Part shown: in pieces, positions 50,093 through 63,199 of the stretch
Numbering within the stretch: position 1 is the stretch's first letter
Layout of the letters: every line of letters starts with the position of its first letter
From: Eledone cirrhosa
Taxonomy: Eukaryota
Assembly: GCA_964016885.1 (NCBI GenBank)
Contig: OZ024744.1
Coordinates: 94,550,001 to 94,614,000, forward strand
Length of the DNA: 64,000 nt
Reading direction: 5' to 3'
Made by a program: the position numbers and the translations under genes
The notes under the pieces: generated by a model
Database searches by the model: none
Told to the model about the DNA's origin: nothing
Seen by the model: the letters and a program-made list of their open reading frames with translations, nothing else

Positions 50093-51479
50093 ACAGAGTA
50101 TTGTAATTTGCTTGAAACATTGTTGAATAGGAAATATAAATTTTTTAATAATTTTGAAAACCATACAATGGATTAGAAAATTAAAATTGTCAAGATAACA
50201 ATAGAATCTCCTACCTTAGCAAATTTAACAATCCCTATTTACTATAAACTTAAATTCGGTTAGCTTAATAACATAAGATGGTTGTTTAGTTGTTTATTGA
50301 AAATTTTCTTTTGTCACACATTCTGAGACAACATCAGTGACTAAAGATTATTAAATTTGCTAAGGTAAGATTCTATTGTTATCTTGGCAATTTTAATTTG
50401 CTAATGCATTGTATGGTTTTCAAAATTATTTAAATTTATATATATATAATGTGTGTGTGTGTGTATGTTGAGCAATAAAAATAAAACAAAAGTCGAAGAT
50501 AGGTTCTTAATTAGTTCATTTTTTTATGATGATTGTGTCAGAGAGTTGATTGATCATGACAGAGCAGTATATTGATCTGCAGGTAGTGGTTATGTCACTC
50601 CCTATTTCTGTTCTCGATATCCTAGATCCATCCTCACCGTCTTCCTCTAACCACTACCTATTAGTCAATATATTGATTTACCATGATCAATCAACCCTCT
50701 GAATCGTTCGTAAAACAATGAACTTATTAGGAACCTATCCCTGATTTTTGTTTTATTTTCATTGTTCAATACAAACGTGTGTGTGTGTGTGTGTGTGTGT
50801 TGTAGCATTAAGATAGCGTTAAACATAATAGGGGTCAATATGAAAGCATATACCATGTTTATATACAATAAACATATGACAGACTCGCTATCAAAGAAGA
50901 AAAAACAAATTATTTGATATCTCAATAGCTGTTGAAAATGCCAGACTGCTGTTTCAAGATTCGTTAATCAATTATCAGTAACATTCACTCAACTGTTACT
51001 GAGATGAAAATAGACTGGAGAGGTTTATTTGCATATAGTGTAAACTTGGTTGGTTATAATTAATTGGCAGTAGCACTAAAACAGCGTTAAGAATAATAGG
51101 GATGTATACAAATGCATATACTATATATACCATCATTATCATTATTACATCTGCTTTTCCTTGCTTGCATGGGCCAGACAGGTCCTTTTCAGCACAGCAT
51201 CTCTCTACTTGTTGTGTTCCTTCGTCATCGCCTTTGCCAGTCTTAGCGATTTGAGGTCTGCTCTCACCATCTCTGTCCAGGTCTTCCTTGGCCTACCTCT
51301 ACTACAGTTTCCTACCACTGACATTTCCTCTGTCCAGGTCTTTCTTGGTCATTCTTTACTGTGGCTTCCTTCCACTGGTATTTCCTGGCATTTCTTCACT
51401 CGTTGATCATTGTCCATACCAACGCAGTCTAAAACATACAACAGCCTCTCTATCAAAGAAAAATATTTTTCTTCTTTAT

Positions 51480-53250
51480 TAAAAATTATTTTTCTCTCTT
51501 TTTGCTCTGCGAATATATCACAGATATCTCAGTGGCTGTTGAGAATGTCAGACAGAGCTGTTTCAAGATTCATTAATTTCTCATCGACACTGAACCAGTA
51601 CAAAAGAGAGAAAAATAATTTTTTCATAACAAGTGTTTTTTCTTTGATAACAAGCTCCCGTATATATATATAAACATATAGTATATTCTTTCATATACAC
51701 CCGTATTATACTTAATGCTATGTTAGTGCTACTGCCGAGAGCACTCAGTCTGCCTTATAAGGTGGTCGTGGTTGTGATGGTGACATGACAAAAGCCACCC
51801 AGCACACCCTGTAGAGTGGTTGTGCCAGTGACACGACAACAATAAACGGCCAGCACAACCTATAAAGTGTTTATGATATTGACACAAGAACACCCAGCCC
51901 AACCTGTAGAGCGGTTGCTTTGGAGACATGACAAAAAACGCCCTGTCCACTCTGTAAAGTGCCTAGCCAAGACTGTAAAGGGGACGTTTTGGTGTCACGA
52001 CGTAATTGATTGTCAAGTGATAGAGTAGACAATATTATTTTTTCTGAATAAAAAATGGTGTTAATGAAGTAAGTGATGCAGATGTTGAATGATATGTCAT
52101 TTTTACTATGGACACTTGTAAACCATTTCCATCTAATTATAATTAGCTTGACCAATAAACAATTTGTTAGTAATGTCCAATGTTCAAAAAACACAACTTG
52201 TTGAACATTGGACATTACTAACAAATTGTTTATTGGTCAAGCTAATTATAATTAGATGGAAATGGTTTACAAGTTTCCATAGTAAAAAGGACATATCATT
52301 CAACATCTGCATCACTTACTTCTTTAACACCATTTTTTATTCAGAAAAAATAATATTGTCTACTCTATCACTTGACAATCAATTACGTTGTGACATCAAA
52401 ACGTCCCCTTTACAGTCTTGGCTAGGCACTTTACAGAGTGGACAGGGCGTTTTTTGTCATGTCTCCAAAGCAACCGCTTTACAGGTTGGGCTGGGTGTTC
52501 TTGTGTCAATATCATAAACACTTTATAGGTTGTGCTGGTCGTTTATTGTTGTCGTGTCGCTGGCACAACCACTCTACAGGGTGTGCTGGGTGGCTTTTGT
52601 CATGTCACAACCACGACCACCTTATAAGGCAGACTGAGTGCTCTCGGCAGTAGCACTAACATAGCATTAAGTATAATACGGGTGTATATGAAAGAATATA
52701 CTATATGTTTATATATATATACTGGAGGCACATGGCTTAGTGGTTAGAGCATTGGCCTTGCAATCGAAAGGTTGTGAGTTCAATTCTCAGACTGGGTGAT
52801 GTGTTTTTCCTTGAGCAAGACACTTTATTTCACATTGCTCCAGTTTACTCAGCTGTAGAAATGATATGATAGGGACTGGGGTCTCTATCATTCCACTGCA
52901 AAGTGGTCGTGGAGGTGCCACGGCAAAAAAGGACCCAGCACTCACTGTAAATGAGGTTGGTGTTAGGAAGGGCATCCAGCTGTAGAAATCAAGCCAGAAT
53001 CAGTTCCCGTCCCACCCTTGCAAGCAGGGAAAAAGCGGACGTAAAATGAATTGAATTGATTGACTGGAGTCTTGCTATCAAAGAAAAAACATTTTTGTTA
53101 TGAAAAAATTATTTTTCTCTTTTTTGTACTGGTTCAGAGAGTGTCATTGATGAGAAATTAATGAATCTTGAAACAGCTCTGTCTGACATTCTCAACAGCC
53201 ACTGAGATATCTGTGATATGTTCGCAAAGCAAAAGAGAGAAAAATAATTT
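51480..53250. repeat. Long inverted repeat centred at 52188-52200 with a SINE inserted in the right arm
   Basis: 51660-52187 and 52201-52720 are near-perfect reverse complements; 51480-51658 mirrors 53065-53250 less closely. Confidence 0.92.
52728..53062 (+). mobile_element. SINE with tRNA head, CORE-like domain and RTE-derived 3' tail; 7-bp TSD
   Basis: ACTGGAG at 52721-52727 and 53063-53069; 52900-52997 matches the RTE 3'UTR at 28070-28215. Confidence 0.8.
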
Positions 53251-54627
53251 TTTATTTTATGATCTGTAATCTTGCATGAATAAAAGTTTTGAGAATTACT
53301 GGATTGTTTTCCGTTTTCCACAGCCCTTCATTATCAAATTATCGTTACAATTCAAGTTAGTTCTTAATCCTAGTTGTATTGGAGGACTTCATCTTGTTCA
53401 TACGTTCCATTTTGGTATGGTGGTTTCTATAGTTGGATGCCTTTCCTAACTCCAACCCTCTTTACAGAGGTTACTGGGTTCATTTTATCGTGGTACCAGT
53501 GCTAGAAAGATTGTCATGTCCGCAAATGATTAAAGATTTTTACATTGTCTCAGTTAAATTGTCAACCACTTTATAGGGTGTACAAGGCGCATTTTATCAT
53601 GACAGTGTGCTGAGGGTATTTTATTGTGATAAAGTATAGAAAAGTATACTGGATGCATTTATCATGATAGTGTATTAGGTGCATGTTATTGTGACAGGGT
53701 GTACCGGGTGCACTTTATCATTGATATTTATCTTGTAATAATTCCATTAACACAAGAACGTGTTTCATAGTTTTCAGATATTTATGAAGACTTTGTGTTG
53801 GAAAGCCTTTCAAAATATGATATGATTATCAAAACTTAGGACTTTAAACACCAACCTGCAGAAATCACCTCTATTAAAATGTTCAAATTTAAATTTAAAC
53901 TTTGAACTGAAATCTCATTATTACATACTAGATAATATATTTCTGTAGTTAAATATTTGTCTTTTTTTATTGTTATTAAGTTGAAAGTTAGTTATGTCAC
54001 TAAACCTGTCATAAATTGTTAATTCTTTTGATAATTAAAATACAAAGACAGTGTGTTCTCATTAGAAATATGGTCACAAAAGGAGATAAAAGTGTCACTA
54101 AGTTTTATCTCTGTAAAGTGTATAATATGAAATTATTTTAAATGCAATAGTAAATGCTTTGGTTGTGGTGAAAAAACTAGATTTTTAGAGCAGTTTGTGA
54201 TGTACTTCTAGGAATTGAGTATTTGTTTATTTTCAAACATTGATTTTGGATTTTTTACTATCTCTATTTTATATATACTAGGATTTTTTTTTACCATGTT
54301 GACGCATATATGTATATGTATGTACATGTGTCTATGTGCATATATATGCATACAGTTATATGTATGAGTATATAAATATAAACGCACAAACACAGGCACA
54401 CTTACAAAAATACACATTCACAGACATACATTCACACAAATACACACATATTCATACAAACACATGCATACATTCACATACACACACACATACATTTACA
54501 CAAACGCTTACACACACAGTCAGTGTAGCAAATGGAACGCTAGCTGCTGTTTTGCTATAGTTTTTTCACCATCCCCTTCTTTCCTTTTACACCACATTGT
54601 GTGATGGACGGACAGATGGAAGTTGCT

Positions 54628-54671
<44 letters not shown>

Positions 54672-54676
<5 letters not shown>

Positions 54677-55090
54677 GTGTTCTGAAAGTGATTGTATTTT
54701 TTCACCACTATAAAATATGAATCAACCAATCATGTCAGAGCCAAGGTCAAATGGACAGGAACTGTTTAAAATAGTTCAGTATATCATCTCTTCTATCTGC
54801 CAGTTATTTCGGTAATTAATCCCATTGCATATTGTATAATGTTCACCATTGCATATTGTATAAGTTTTGAAAGAACAATGCCACTACAGAAGCAATGAAA
54901 AACATTTGTGAAATGTATCTGTATGCAGTAAAAGCTAGTACATGTCAACTGTGGTTTAAAAGATTTAAAGATGGCGATTGTGACATATCCAACAAGCCTG
55001 ATTCCGGAAGACACCCCACTCTGAATGACGACCTTTTGAATGAGACTATTGTATTGGATCCACGTCAAAGTACCAGAGATTTGGTGCATC
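54672..55090 (+). mobile_element. Mariner transposon 5' fragment (HTH DNA-binding region), decayed
   Basis: EAMKNICEMY..AVKASTCQLWFKRFKDGDCDISNKPDSGRHPTLNDDLL...DPRQSTRDL; begins after (TA)n. Confidence 0.85.
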
Positions 55091-55888
55091 ATAATATAAT
55101 AAAGGGAGGAGTGCAGGACTGTGTCCTGAATATATTTTTTTATCACTCCCCTTCAGAGAACATTGTTAGGCACTTTTGCCTTAAAAGAATGGAGACAGAA
55201 GACTCTTATGCCATGTCTTTACAAAGATAACCTCTCTAATGTTGACACCACAATAAAATGTATCATGTATACTTTGTAAAGTGGTTGACAAATAAACCAA
55301 GACAACTTAGGATAGAGACAGAGGACTGTTATACCATGAATGTACAAAGATAACCTCTCTGGTGTTGGCACCTTGATAAAATGTACCCAGTATACTCTAT
55401 GAGGTGGTTGGTCTTGGGAGGGGGGGGGGGGGGGAGTCATCCAACTGTAGAAACCATGCAAGTCATTCAGTCTCTAAGATGGCAGTAAAACTGAAAGATT
55501 ATAGCAGCTAGTCCAACCCATGCCAGCATGGAAAGTTAGACATCAGCCACTATCAACGTTGGCATGATGAAAAGTAGGTCTGGAGGAATTGTAGAGATGC
55601 TAGAGAAGAGAACTGTAGATGTGTGCTATATGTACATATGGTATGTATGTAGCAGTAATTCTCACTCCTGGTCTGAAAATAGCTGATTTCTTCCAAAGAA
55701 GGAGGAGGAGGAAAAAAGAGAGCAAGTCAGAAAAAGATATAGAGGAAGAAGCTACTCCTGTACTGGACTGCTATTTTATTTCTCAACTTCAAAAGGAAGA
55801 AAGTTGACCTTAGCGGGCTTTTTAGTTGGAGGGTTGGAAGGAACAACGCAAAGCATTCTATCTGACATTCTAACAAGCCTGCTATTTA

Positions 55889-55939
<51 letters not shown>

Positions 55940-55942
<3 letters not shown>

Positions 55943-56118
55943 ATATAAGATCAAAAGGTGGTTAAAAGAGTTCCATGTATTTTATAAAATACATGGAACT
56001 CTTTTAACCACCTTTTGATCTTATATATTATTTATACTCCAGTCCTACAAACTGTAGAGTGCTACTTATCCGATATCTGCATTGCTTTATTGTACTACAA
56101 TAAAACTCACCTCCTACA
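55940..56118. mobile_element. Fold-back non-coding element in (TA)n
   Basis: AATATATAAGATCAAAAGGTGGTTAAAAGAGTTCCATGTATTTT is immediately followed by its reverse complement, then an unpaired extension. Confidence 0.7.
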
Positions 56119-56495
56119 TATATATATATATATATATATATAATCGTTTAACGTCCATCTTTCACACTAGCATGGGTTAGACAGGTTTGTCTCATTTAGA
56201 GGCAAGTTGGGTTCGGTGAATGTGTCTCACTCATATAGGACAATTTCTGGCTGGTTTTCTAGCGTGGAAAGTAGACATTAAATGATGATGATGATGATGC
56301 TATATACATACAAAATTAGGTTATTACAACTTGTCCCTCGGACTGATTGCTCTACCAACTTTGGATATAAATTACGAAATTCACTACAGTATATATATAT
56401 ATTTTCATATATAATTCCATTTCTCCGAGGGTTCTTAACCCCACTATCAGGCTAAATAATTTCTTTAATTTCTTTAGTCAAAATACGGCGATAGC

Positions 56496-56523
<28 letters not shown>

Positions 56524-56527
<4 letters not shown>

Positions 56528-57240
56528 CCATCCCGCCCGTCTCCTCAATCTATCTTATTTCTCATTCTTTCTTCCGATGAAGGACTAGCGTCTGAAACGT
56601 TAAGGATCTCTTCCTGCTATATTGAGTGTTAACCTAATATATACCTTCCATATACTGTATCGATTGTGTTGTAATTTCTGTTTACTTTTTACATATATAT
56701 ATATATATATATATATATCAATGCTTATGTGAACTTCTCAAAATTCGTTGGATTTTCTGATTGGACTTTCACCTCGAAACTGGATACCAACCCGGAGTAC
56801 ACCAGACCTTCCACCAGGAAATCTTTCGTATTTTTGAAATTTTCTTTGCTTCTTGCATTTAAATATTCCACGACTCTCTACCACTTTTCCTCTACTACAA
56901 TCTTCTTATACCACCTTCTTCTTGTCATCCATCTATTTTTCACTCCCACCCTAGTACCTTCAATATTCCCAATCTTAAATCTTTTCTCCGCCAGCTCCAT
57001 TCTACTCTCAAGCGCTTATGTCAACATGAATGAACCTGTTATTTTTATCTAAAGAGATTTTTTTCCAATTCCAACCTGCCCGTCCCCTCAATCTATCTTA
57101 TTTCTTATTCTTTCTTCTGATGAAGGACTGGCGTCCGAAACGTTAAGACCTTCTTCCTGCTATATCGAGCGTTAACCTAATATATCCCTTCCATATACTG
57201 TACCGATTGTGTTGTTATTTCTGTTTACCTTTTACATACA
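56524..57240 (+). mobile_element. Partial tandem of a Penelope-pLTR-like non-coding element with two hammerhead motifs
   Basis: 56524-56695 repeats 57067-57240; HHR motifs at 56570-56605 and 57113-57148; flanked by (TA)n and (TG)n. Confidence 0.8.
57113..57148 (+). ncRNA. Minimal type-I hammerhead ribozyme motif with canonical core
   Basis: TCTT-CTGATGA-A-GGAC-TGGC-GTCC-GAA-ACGT-T-AAGA. Confidence 0.75.
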
Positions 57241-57241
57241 T

Positions 57242-57282
<41 letters not shown>

Positions 57283-58384
57283 TAAGAGGAATTTTCCACC
57301 TGAGTGCTATATACAAGTGGTTAAATAGAAGGAAACCCCAGTAAGACCCTTCACTGGCAAGGAGCACAAGGAATTAATTTATCTGGTTAGATAACAGTGC
57401 TGGAATTTGTCATTGGTATATATATATATATTGTTGGCAGAGAAATAGTCATCTAAAGAAACATAGGTAGTTACAGTATGTGACAGAATAATTAAGTTTA
57501 GGTCAGTCAGTGGACAACATGACAGCAACAGAAATCTCTATATGCAAATGGTCCATTTCTATAAGCACCTCGTTTAGTCAGATTGCTTCAATGACAGATA
57601 AAAGTCTCTGTTATTGTAGCTAGTGACTTTAATGGACACATATTGGGCTACACTGTACTGGTTATTTTAATGTATAAAGCAGGCATATGGAATCATTATC
57701 ATCACCATCGTTTAATGTCCATTTTTCCATGCTAGCATGGGTAAGACAAGGTGTCCTGTTGTGAGACAAGTCAGTTCAGGTGACTGTTTTTGCTCATATG
57801 GAACTGTTTTGGGCCTGGTTTTTACGGCTGGACATCCTTCCTAACACCAACCACATTTACAATGTGAACTCGGTGTCACTACAACAACCACTTTACAGTG
57901 TGGACTGGGTGCTTTTTATCCTCTCACCAGTACAATTACCTTACAGCGTGGACTGGGTGCTTTTGACACGTCACCAGCACAACCACCTTACAGGGTGGAC
58001 TGGGTGCTTTTTTGATATGGCACAAAATGACCATCTGACAATTAAGAAGTAGGAGGAGTATGTGGTTATCTGTAAGAAATGAGACAACCTGCTGTAAGCC
58101 ATAGACCAGATCTGTGAAATTCCAACCAAATACGTGACATTGTGGTGGAATAATGAGGTAGACAGGGCCCACAAAATCTAAGACACAGACCTAGAAGATA
58201 GGGAAGAAAGTTGGAGCAAAATAACAATATGTAGAAACTAAAAGAGAAGTTGGACATCAAGTATACTTAATAAGGAGAGAAGTGAAAGAGGTGTTTTTGT
58301 CAATGTTCTGTAGATCAGACATGCCCTCAGTTACACAGGTAGCTACCACCACTAGCTATGATGATGATAGCAAAGTACCAGTGG

Positions 58385-58885
58385 CAATCAAGATTCCTGA
58401 TTCTGTTACATAACTACAGGGAGACTTAAATATAATATATAAGTGGGCTAAAGACAACAACATGTGATTTAATGCTGTAAAGTTTCAAGCTCTCAACTAT
58501 CAACCTACAAACAATAACCAACTACAACCAAAGATACACAGGACCAGGAAGGATTGAACTCCCAGAGTTAGAATAACTGTAATAATACATAGTTTTATAT
58601 TTATATTACCACAATGGCAGCAATGTACAGACAACTGGATAGATTCTGAGATTATTCAGAACAAGAGACCAGGAAACCATGATGATGATGATGATGATGG
58701 TTCTAGGGAGGACATTTGTTCTCATCAGGCTGGACTATTGATCTCAACTATGGCTACTTCATAATGTTAAATTAACAGCAGAACTACTTGAAGCAATCCA
58801 ATGCTGTTACAACTAGAAAATTGACTCAATGAAACTGATGAGGTACTGGAAAAGACTAAAAGAACTAATACTACATTGTGGAGAG
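58385..58885 (+). mobile_element. Degenerate CR1/L2-type LINE RT C-terminal fragment
   Basis: LQGDLNIIYKWAKDNNM*FNAVKFQAL ... LFRTRDQETM ... TFVLIRLDY*SQLW ... LEAIQ ... YWKRLKEL. Confidence 0.75.
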
Positions 58886-59170
58886 GGAGGACCCTTTTGC
58901 CATGTAAGGGGGTGAAGTGAGGCAACCAAACTCATGCCAGCATGGAAAGAAGACTTTATTCAATTGTGTCACAAAGACACGATAGTCTCTCTCTAGTGTT
59001 GGTGTCACATAATAAAATGCAATTGGTAGAGCACAGAAATGTATGTAAGAGAGATGTGGGTCTATCAGGCTCGTCTGAAAGGTCTGTGGCTCTGATTGAG
59101 TGCTAACATAGTCTGTGATTACCTATCCAGCTTTTTTTAGTAGGGAAAATGGACGTTAAATGAGGATTAA

Positions 59171-62100
59171 CATCATCATCATCATTTTATGTCCGCTTTT
59201 CCCTGCTTGCAAGGGTGGGACGGGTCTTATTCAGCACAGCATCTCTCCACTTGTCACGGTCCTTCGTCATCTCCACCGTGAGCTTCAACGATCTGAGGTC
59301 TGTTCTCACCACCTCCGCCCATGTTTTTCGTGGTCTACCTCTACCACGTCTTCCTTCAACTGGCATTTCCTGGCACTTCTTCACCCATCGGTCATCCTCC
59401 ATGCGCATCACATGTCCATACCACCTCAGTCTCCTCTCCCGTACACTACATACTATCCCCCTCAGACACAGTTTCTCTCTCAACACATTCATGCTGGGTC
59501 GTTCACGCACATTGACATTGCACATCCAACGGAGCATGCTTGCCTCATTTCTCTCCAGCCGTCGCATATCCTCTGCGGTTGCTGCCCATGTCTCACTACC
59601 ATGCAACATCGTGCTCCTCACACAGGCATCATATAACTGGCCTTCCGTACGCAGGGAGAAACCCTTCTTCGTCAGCAGAGGAAACAGCTCCCTAAACTTC
59701 TTCCAACCCGTCCTTATTCTAGATACTATGGCCTCGGACCCCCCCCCCCCCCTCTCCCATGCTAATCTGATCTCCTAGGTACCGAAAGCTATCCACCACT
59801 TCTATAGCACCCGCCTGCATTTGAAAAATGTGTCTATCAATGCGACTTCTACTGTCTAATTTCCCTGTATATCTACTGCATACATATTTCTCCCTACCTG
59901 TTAGTTTGCCTGCTATCCCACTACATCTCTTGTGTACCCAGGATCTGCATTGTGTGCATTTTATAGAATTTATGCCAGTTCCTTTTCTGCATATCGAACA
60001 TGGCCATTTCCCTGACGGAATCAGAGTTTTGTCCTCTTTTCTACTCATCAACACTTTTGTCTTAGCTAGGTTCACTCTCAGTCCTCTTGATTCCAACTGC
60101 TGTTTCCATAGCCAGAATTTATTCTCTAGCTCCTCTACTGATTCTGCTAAAAGAACCAGATCGTCAGCATAGAGAAGTTCCCATGGACAGCCAGTCTTAA
60201 ACTCCTCTGTTATGGCTTGGAGGACTATAATGAACAAGAGCGAGCTGAGGACCGAACTTTGATGTACTCCTATTTGTATCTGGACTTCCTCACTAAACTC
60301 CATTCCTACCCTGACTTTACTGACAGTACCTCTGTACAAAGTTTGTACTGTCCTCACAAACCATTCCTCAACACTTAGTTTCCTTAGGGACCACCAGATG
60401 ACAGATCAGGGTACCCTATCAAAGGCCTTCTCTAGGTAAAAAAAGGCTAAGTATAGTGGTTTATTCTTCTCTAAGAACCTCGCTTGCAATTGTCTCACCA
60501 ACCATCTGTTGTACTCTTCCCAGACACAAAACCAAACTGCTTCTCATCTAGTTTGACTCTTTCTCTAATTAGTTGTGCTAATATCCTTTCTGCCACTTTT
60601 ATAACCTGATCCATCAGTTTTATACCCCTATAATTGCTCCTCTCCAGAGCATCCCCTTTACCTTTGTAGCAATTTATGAGAATACTGCTGCACCAGTCTT
60701 TGGGTATGACACCACCATATATAGCCTGATTGATGATGCGTGCAACCAGTTTAGTGCCTACTTCTCCTGATGCCTTCAGCATCTCAGCAACTATCCCCGA
60801 TGGTCCAGCAGCCTTACCATTTTTCATTTCCTTAATCGCCTCTTGGACCCTATATTCATCAATTTCAATAGCTGGTCCCTCTGTCGGATCTACTGAGGGT
60901 AATTTCTCTTTCTCCCATTCGTTCTCCACATTCATCAGTCTCTCATAATGACATTTCCAGGCCTCCTTTTTCTGATCATTCGTGACACTAAGTACACTGG
61001 CATCTTCCGGACACATTTATCTCCAACATCCTGATTTGCATTGACACACTGCCTTACAATGTGGAACACCGCACGCCTCCGATCTTCCCATCGCAGAACA
61101 TTGGCAAACCTCCTACTCTCAGCCTCCCTGCATGCTAAGTACACCTGACGTCTAGCTTCTCTCTTAGCGGCTGTATATCTTTCCCTACTCCCACCCTTTT
61201 TCCAAGCCTTCCATGCTAGTATTTTGTCTCTAATGGCCTTATCTACTGTGCTGTTCCACCACCAGGTCACTCTCTGTCTGGTTGGAGCTCTGCTTCAGTG
61301 ACAAGTTTCATTAGTAGCCTGCAGTAAGTTGTCATGTAAGAAATTCCAGTTATTATCTATGTCATACATCTCTAAATCGTTTTCTTTTTCGTCATACACA
61401 TCTTGAAGGGCTTTCCTAAATTTGTATTTTAGTGAAAGGTCTTTTAGCTTCCAGACCTTTCTTCTCCACACTTTCTTCTATGTCTCATTCCATCTCTTGC
61501 TTACTGAGATATCACTAATGACTAACCTATGCTGTAGGGTACATTCTTCCCCAGGGTATGCCTTGGTATTAGACACTATCTGCCTGTCCCTCTGCCTAAC
61601 TAGTAAGAAGTCAATCTGGCTTATGTGCTCGCCAGATTTGTAGGTTATTAGGTGGTTGGCAGGTTTCTGGAAGTTAGTGTTGCAAATAGTCAGTGTACTT
61701 GCATCACAAAATTCAAGAAGTCTCACTCCTTCGTCATTTCTTGAGCCATAACCGTGCCCAACATGTACCCCAGTGTAACCATCCTGGAGCTGTCCAACAT
61801 GACCATTGAAGTCCCCTGCTAGCATAACGATGTCTCCGTCCTCTGTCATTGTCGTTGTTTGTAAAAGTTGCTCGTAAAAGCAGTCTTTCTCTTCTTTGCC
61901 TAGGCCTGCTTGGGGAGCATAGGCAGAGATGATTGTCAGTAGTCTCCTGCCTACAAGTAATTTAAGCTTAATTATTCGGTCACTAACTCAAACTACCTCT
62001 ATTGTCTTATTGATCCATTTCTCAGCCAGGAAAATGCCTACCCCACCTAACCCATCATCCTTACCTACCCAGAAAAGCTTATAACTATGTTTTCCTACGA

Positions 62101-62250
62101 CTAGTCTCGCAGAGGCACCTCTCCATCTCACCTCTTGCACGCAGCACACATCCACATGACTTCTCTCCAGCATCTCCGCTATTTCAGCAGATATACCTGT
62201 GAGAGTGCCAACATTAAGTGTTGCAACTCTGAGATGCGATGTCTTCATAT
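59171..62250 (-). mobile_element. Nearly full-length RTE LINE (APE endonuclease + RT), inactivated by stops and frameshifts
   Basis: Consecutive ORFs: LRVATLNVGTL..CVQEVRW (62248), GDFNGHVG..QIDFLL (61849), TWWWN, NYRGIKLMD, YADD, RLRWYGHVMR; (TGA)n tail at 59171. Confidence 0.95.
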
Positions 62251-62567
62251 TTTGTTGTTGTTCCTATTTGTTGCTGATAAGCGTTTTGGCATTGATACAC
62301 TGGTTGGATGCCCTTCCTAACACCAGTGCCACTTTACAGCATGGACTGAGTGCTTTTATTTGTGCCACCACCCACTAGAGAGGATGTCTTACTAGACTCA
62401 AGAGCCCTCTCTACCCCTCCATTTTACAGCATGGTCAACCCCCCCCCCCACACTTATTGACACTCACGACATACACACACACATACACACACACACACAC
62501 ACTCACTCACACACCAACTCATGCATACAAACACTCACACCACTCACACACACAAACACATACATAC

Positions 62568-62623
<56 letters not shown>

Positions 62624-62808
62624 CCGTCAGTACTGAATCAAAATCATGTCAACTGTTGGCTTTTCCAGTCCAGTTAAGTTTTTATATAACAATAGTAATA
62701 ATTGTTTGCTTTACAGCAAAGAGCAACCCCCCCCCCCCCCCCCCCAAAAAAAAAACAACAAAAAAAAACAAGGCACCAGCAATGCACTGGGACAATAGCT
62801 GCCCCGTG

Positions 62809-62852
<44 letters not shown>

Positions 62853-62975
62853 TCACCGTACGTAAGCTGGATACAGACCCCTTGGCCTGTCTGGGAGGTT
62901 AGTGGTCCTGCTTCAGTACTGGCTTGGTCTATGTAGACCTGTCCACCTCTTGCTAGCAGGGAAAGTGGACATTAA

Positions 62976-63022
<47 letters not shown>

Positions 63023-63199
63023 AATATATATATATATGTATCATATATATATATGCACTGGCTGAAGCATACATCTAGTGTGCATCACCTTCACCTCCAC
63101 TTTCCTTCTATTCAACTCCCACATCATAACACTCTGCCGCCTCATGCCCATATACCCACCTCCCCAATCCCCACACACTTCTCCCACTAAAGTCCTGTA

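Noticed and set aside
53778-53825. Possible next DCUN1D5 exon: TTTTCAG|IFMKTLCWKAFQNMI* resembling IIMLVLAWKL
   Set aside because: It stops after 15 codons, lacks the conserved MGFF..EW continuation and has no clear donor. It is probably chance, and the real exon is likely beyond the window; RNA-seq junctions from 39933 would settle it.
56729-57052. 107-aa ORF between the two hammerhead repeats
   Set aside because: No recognisable motif and a pyrimidine-biased composition; I cannot support it as coding without a homology search.
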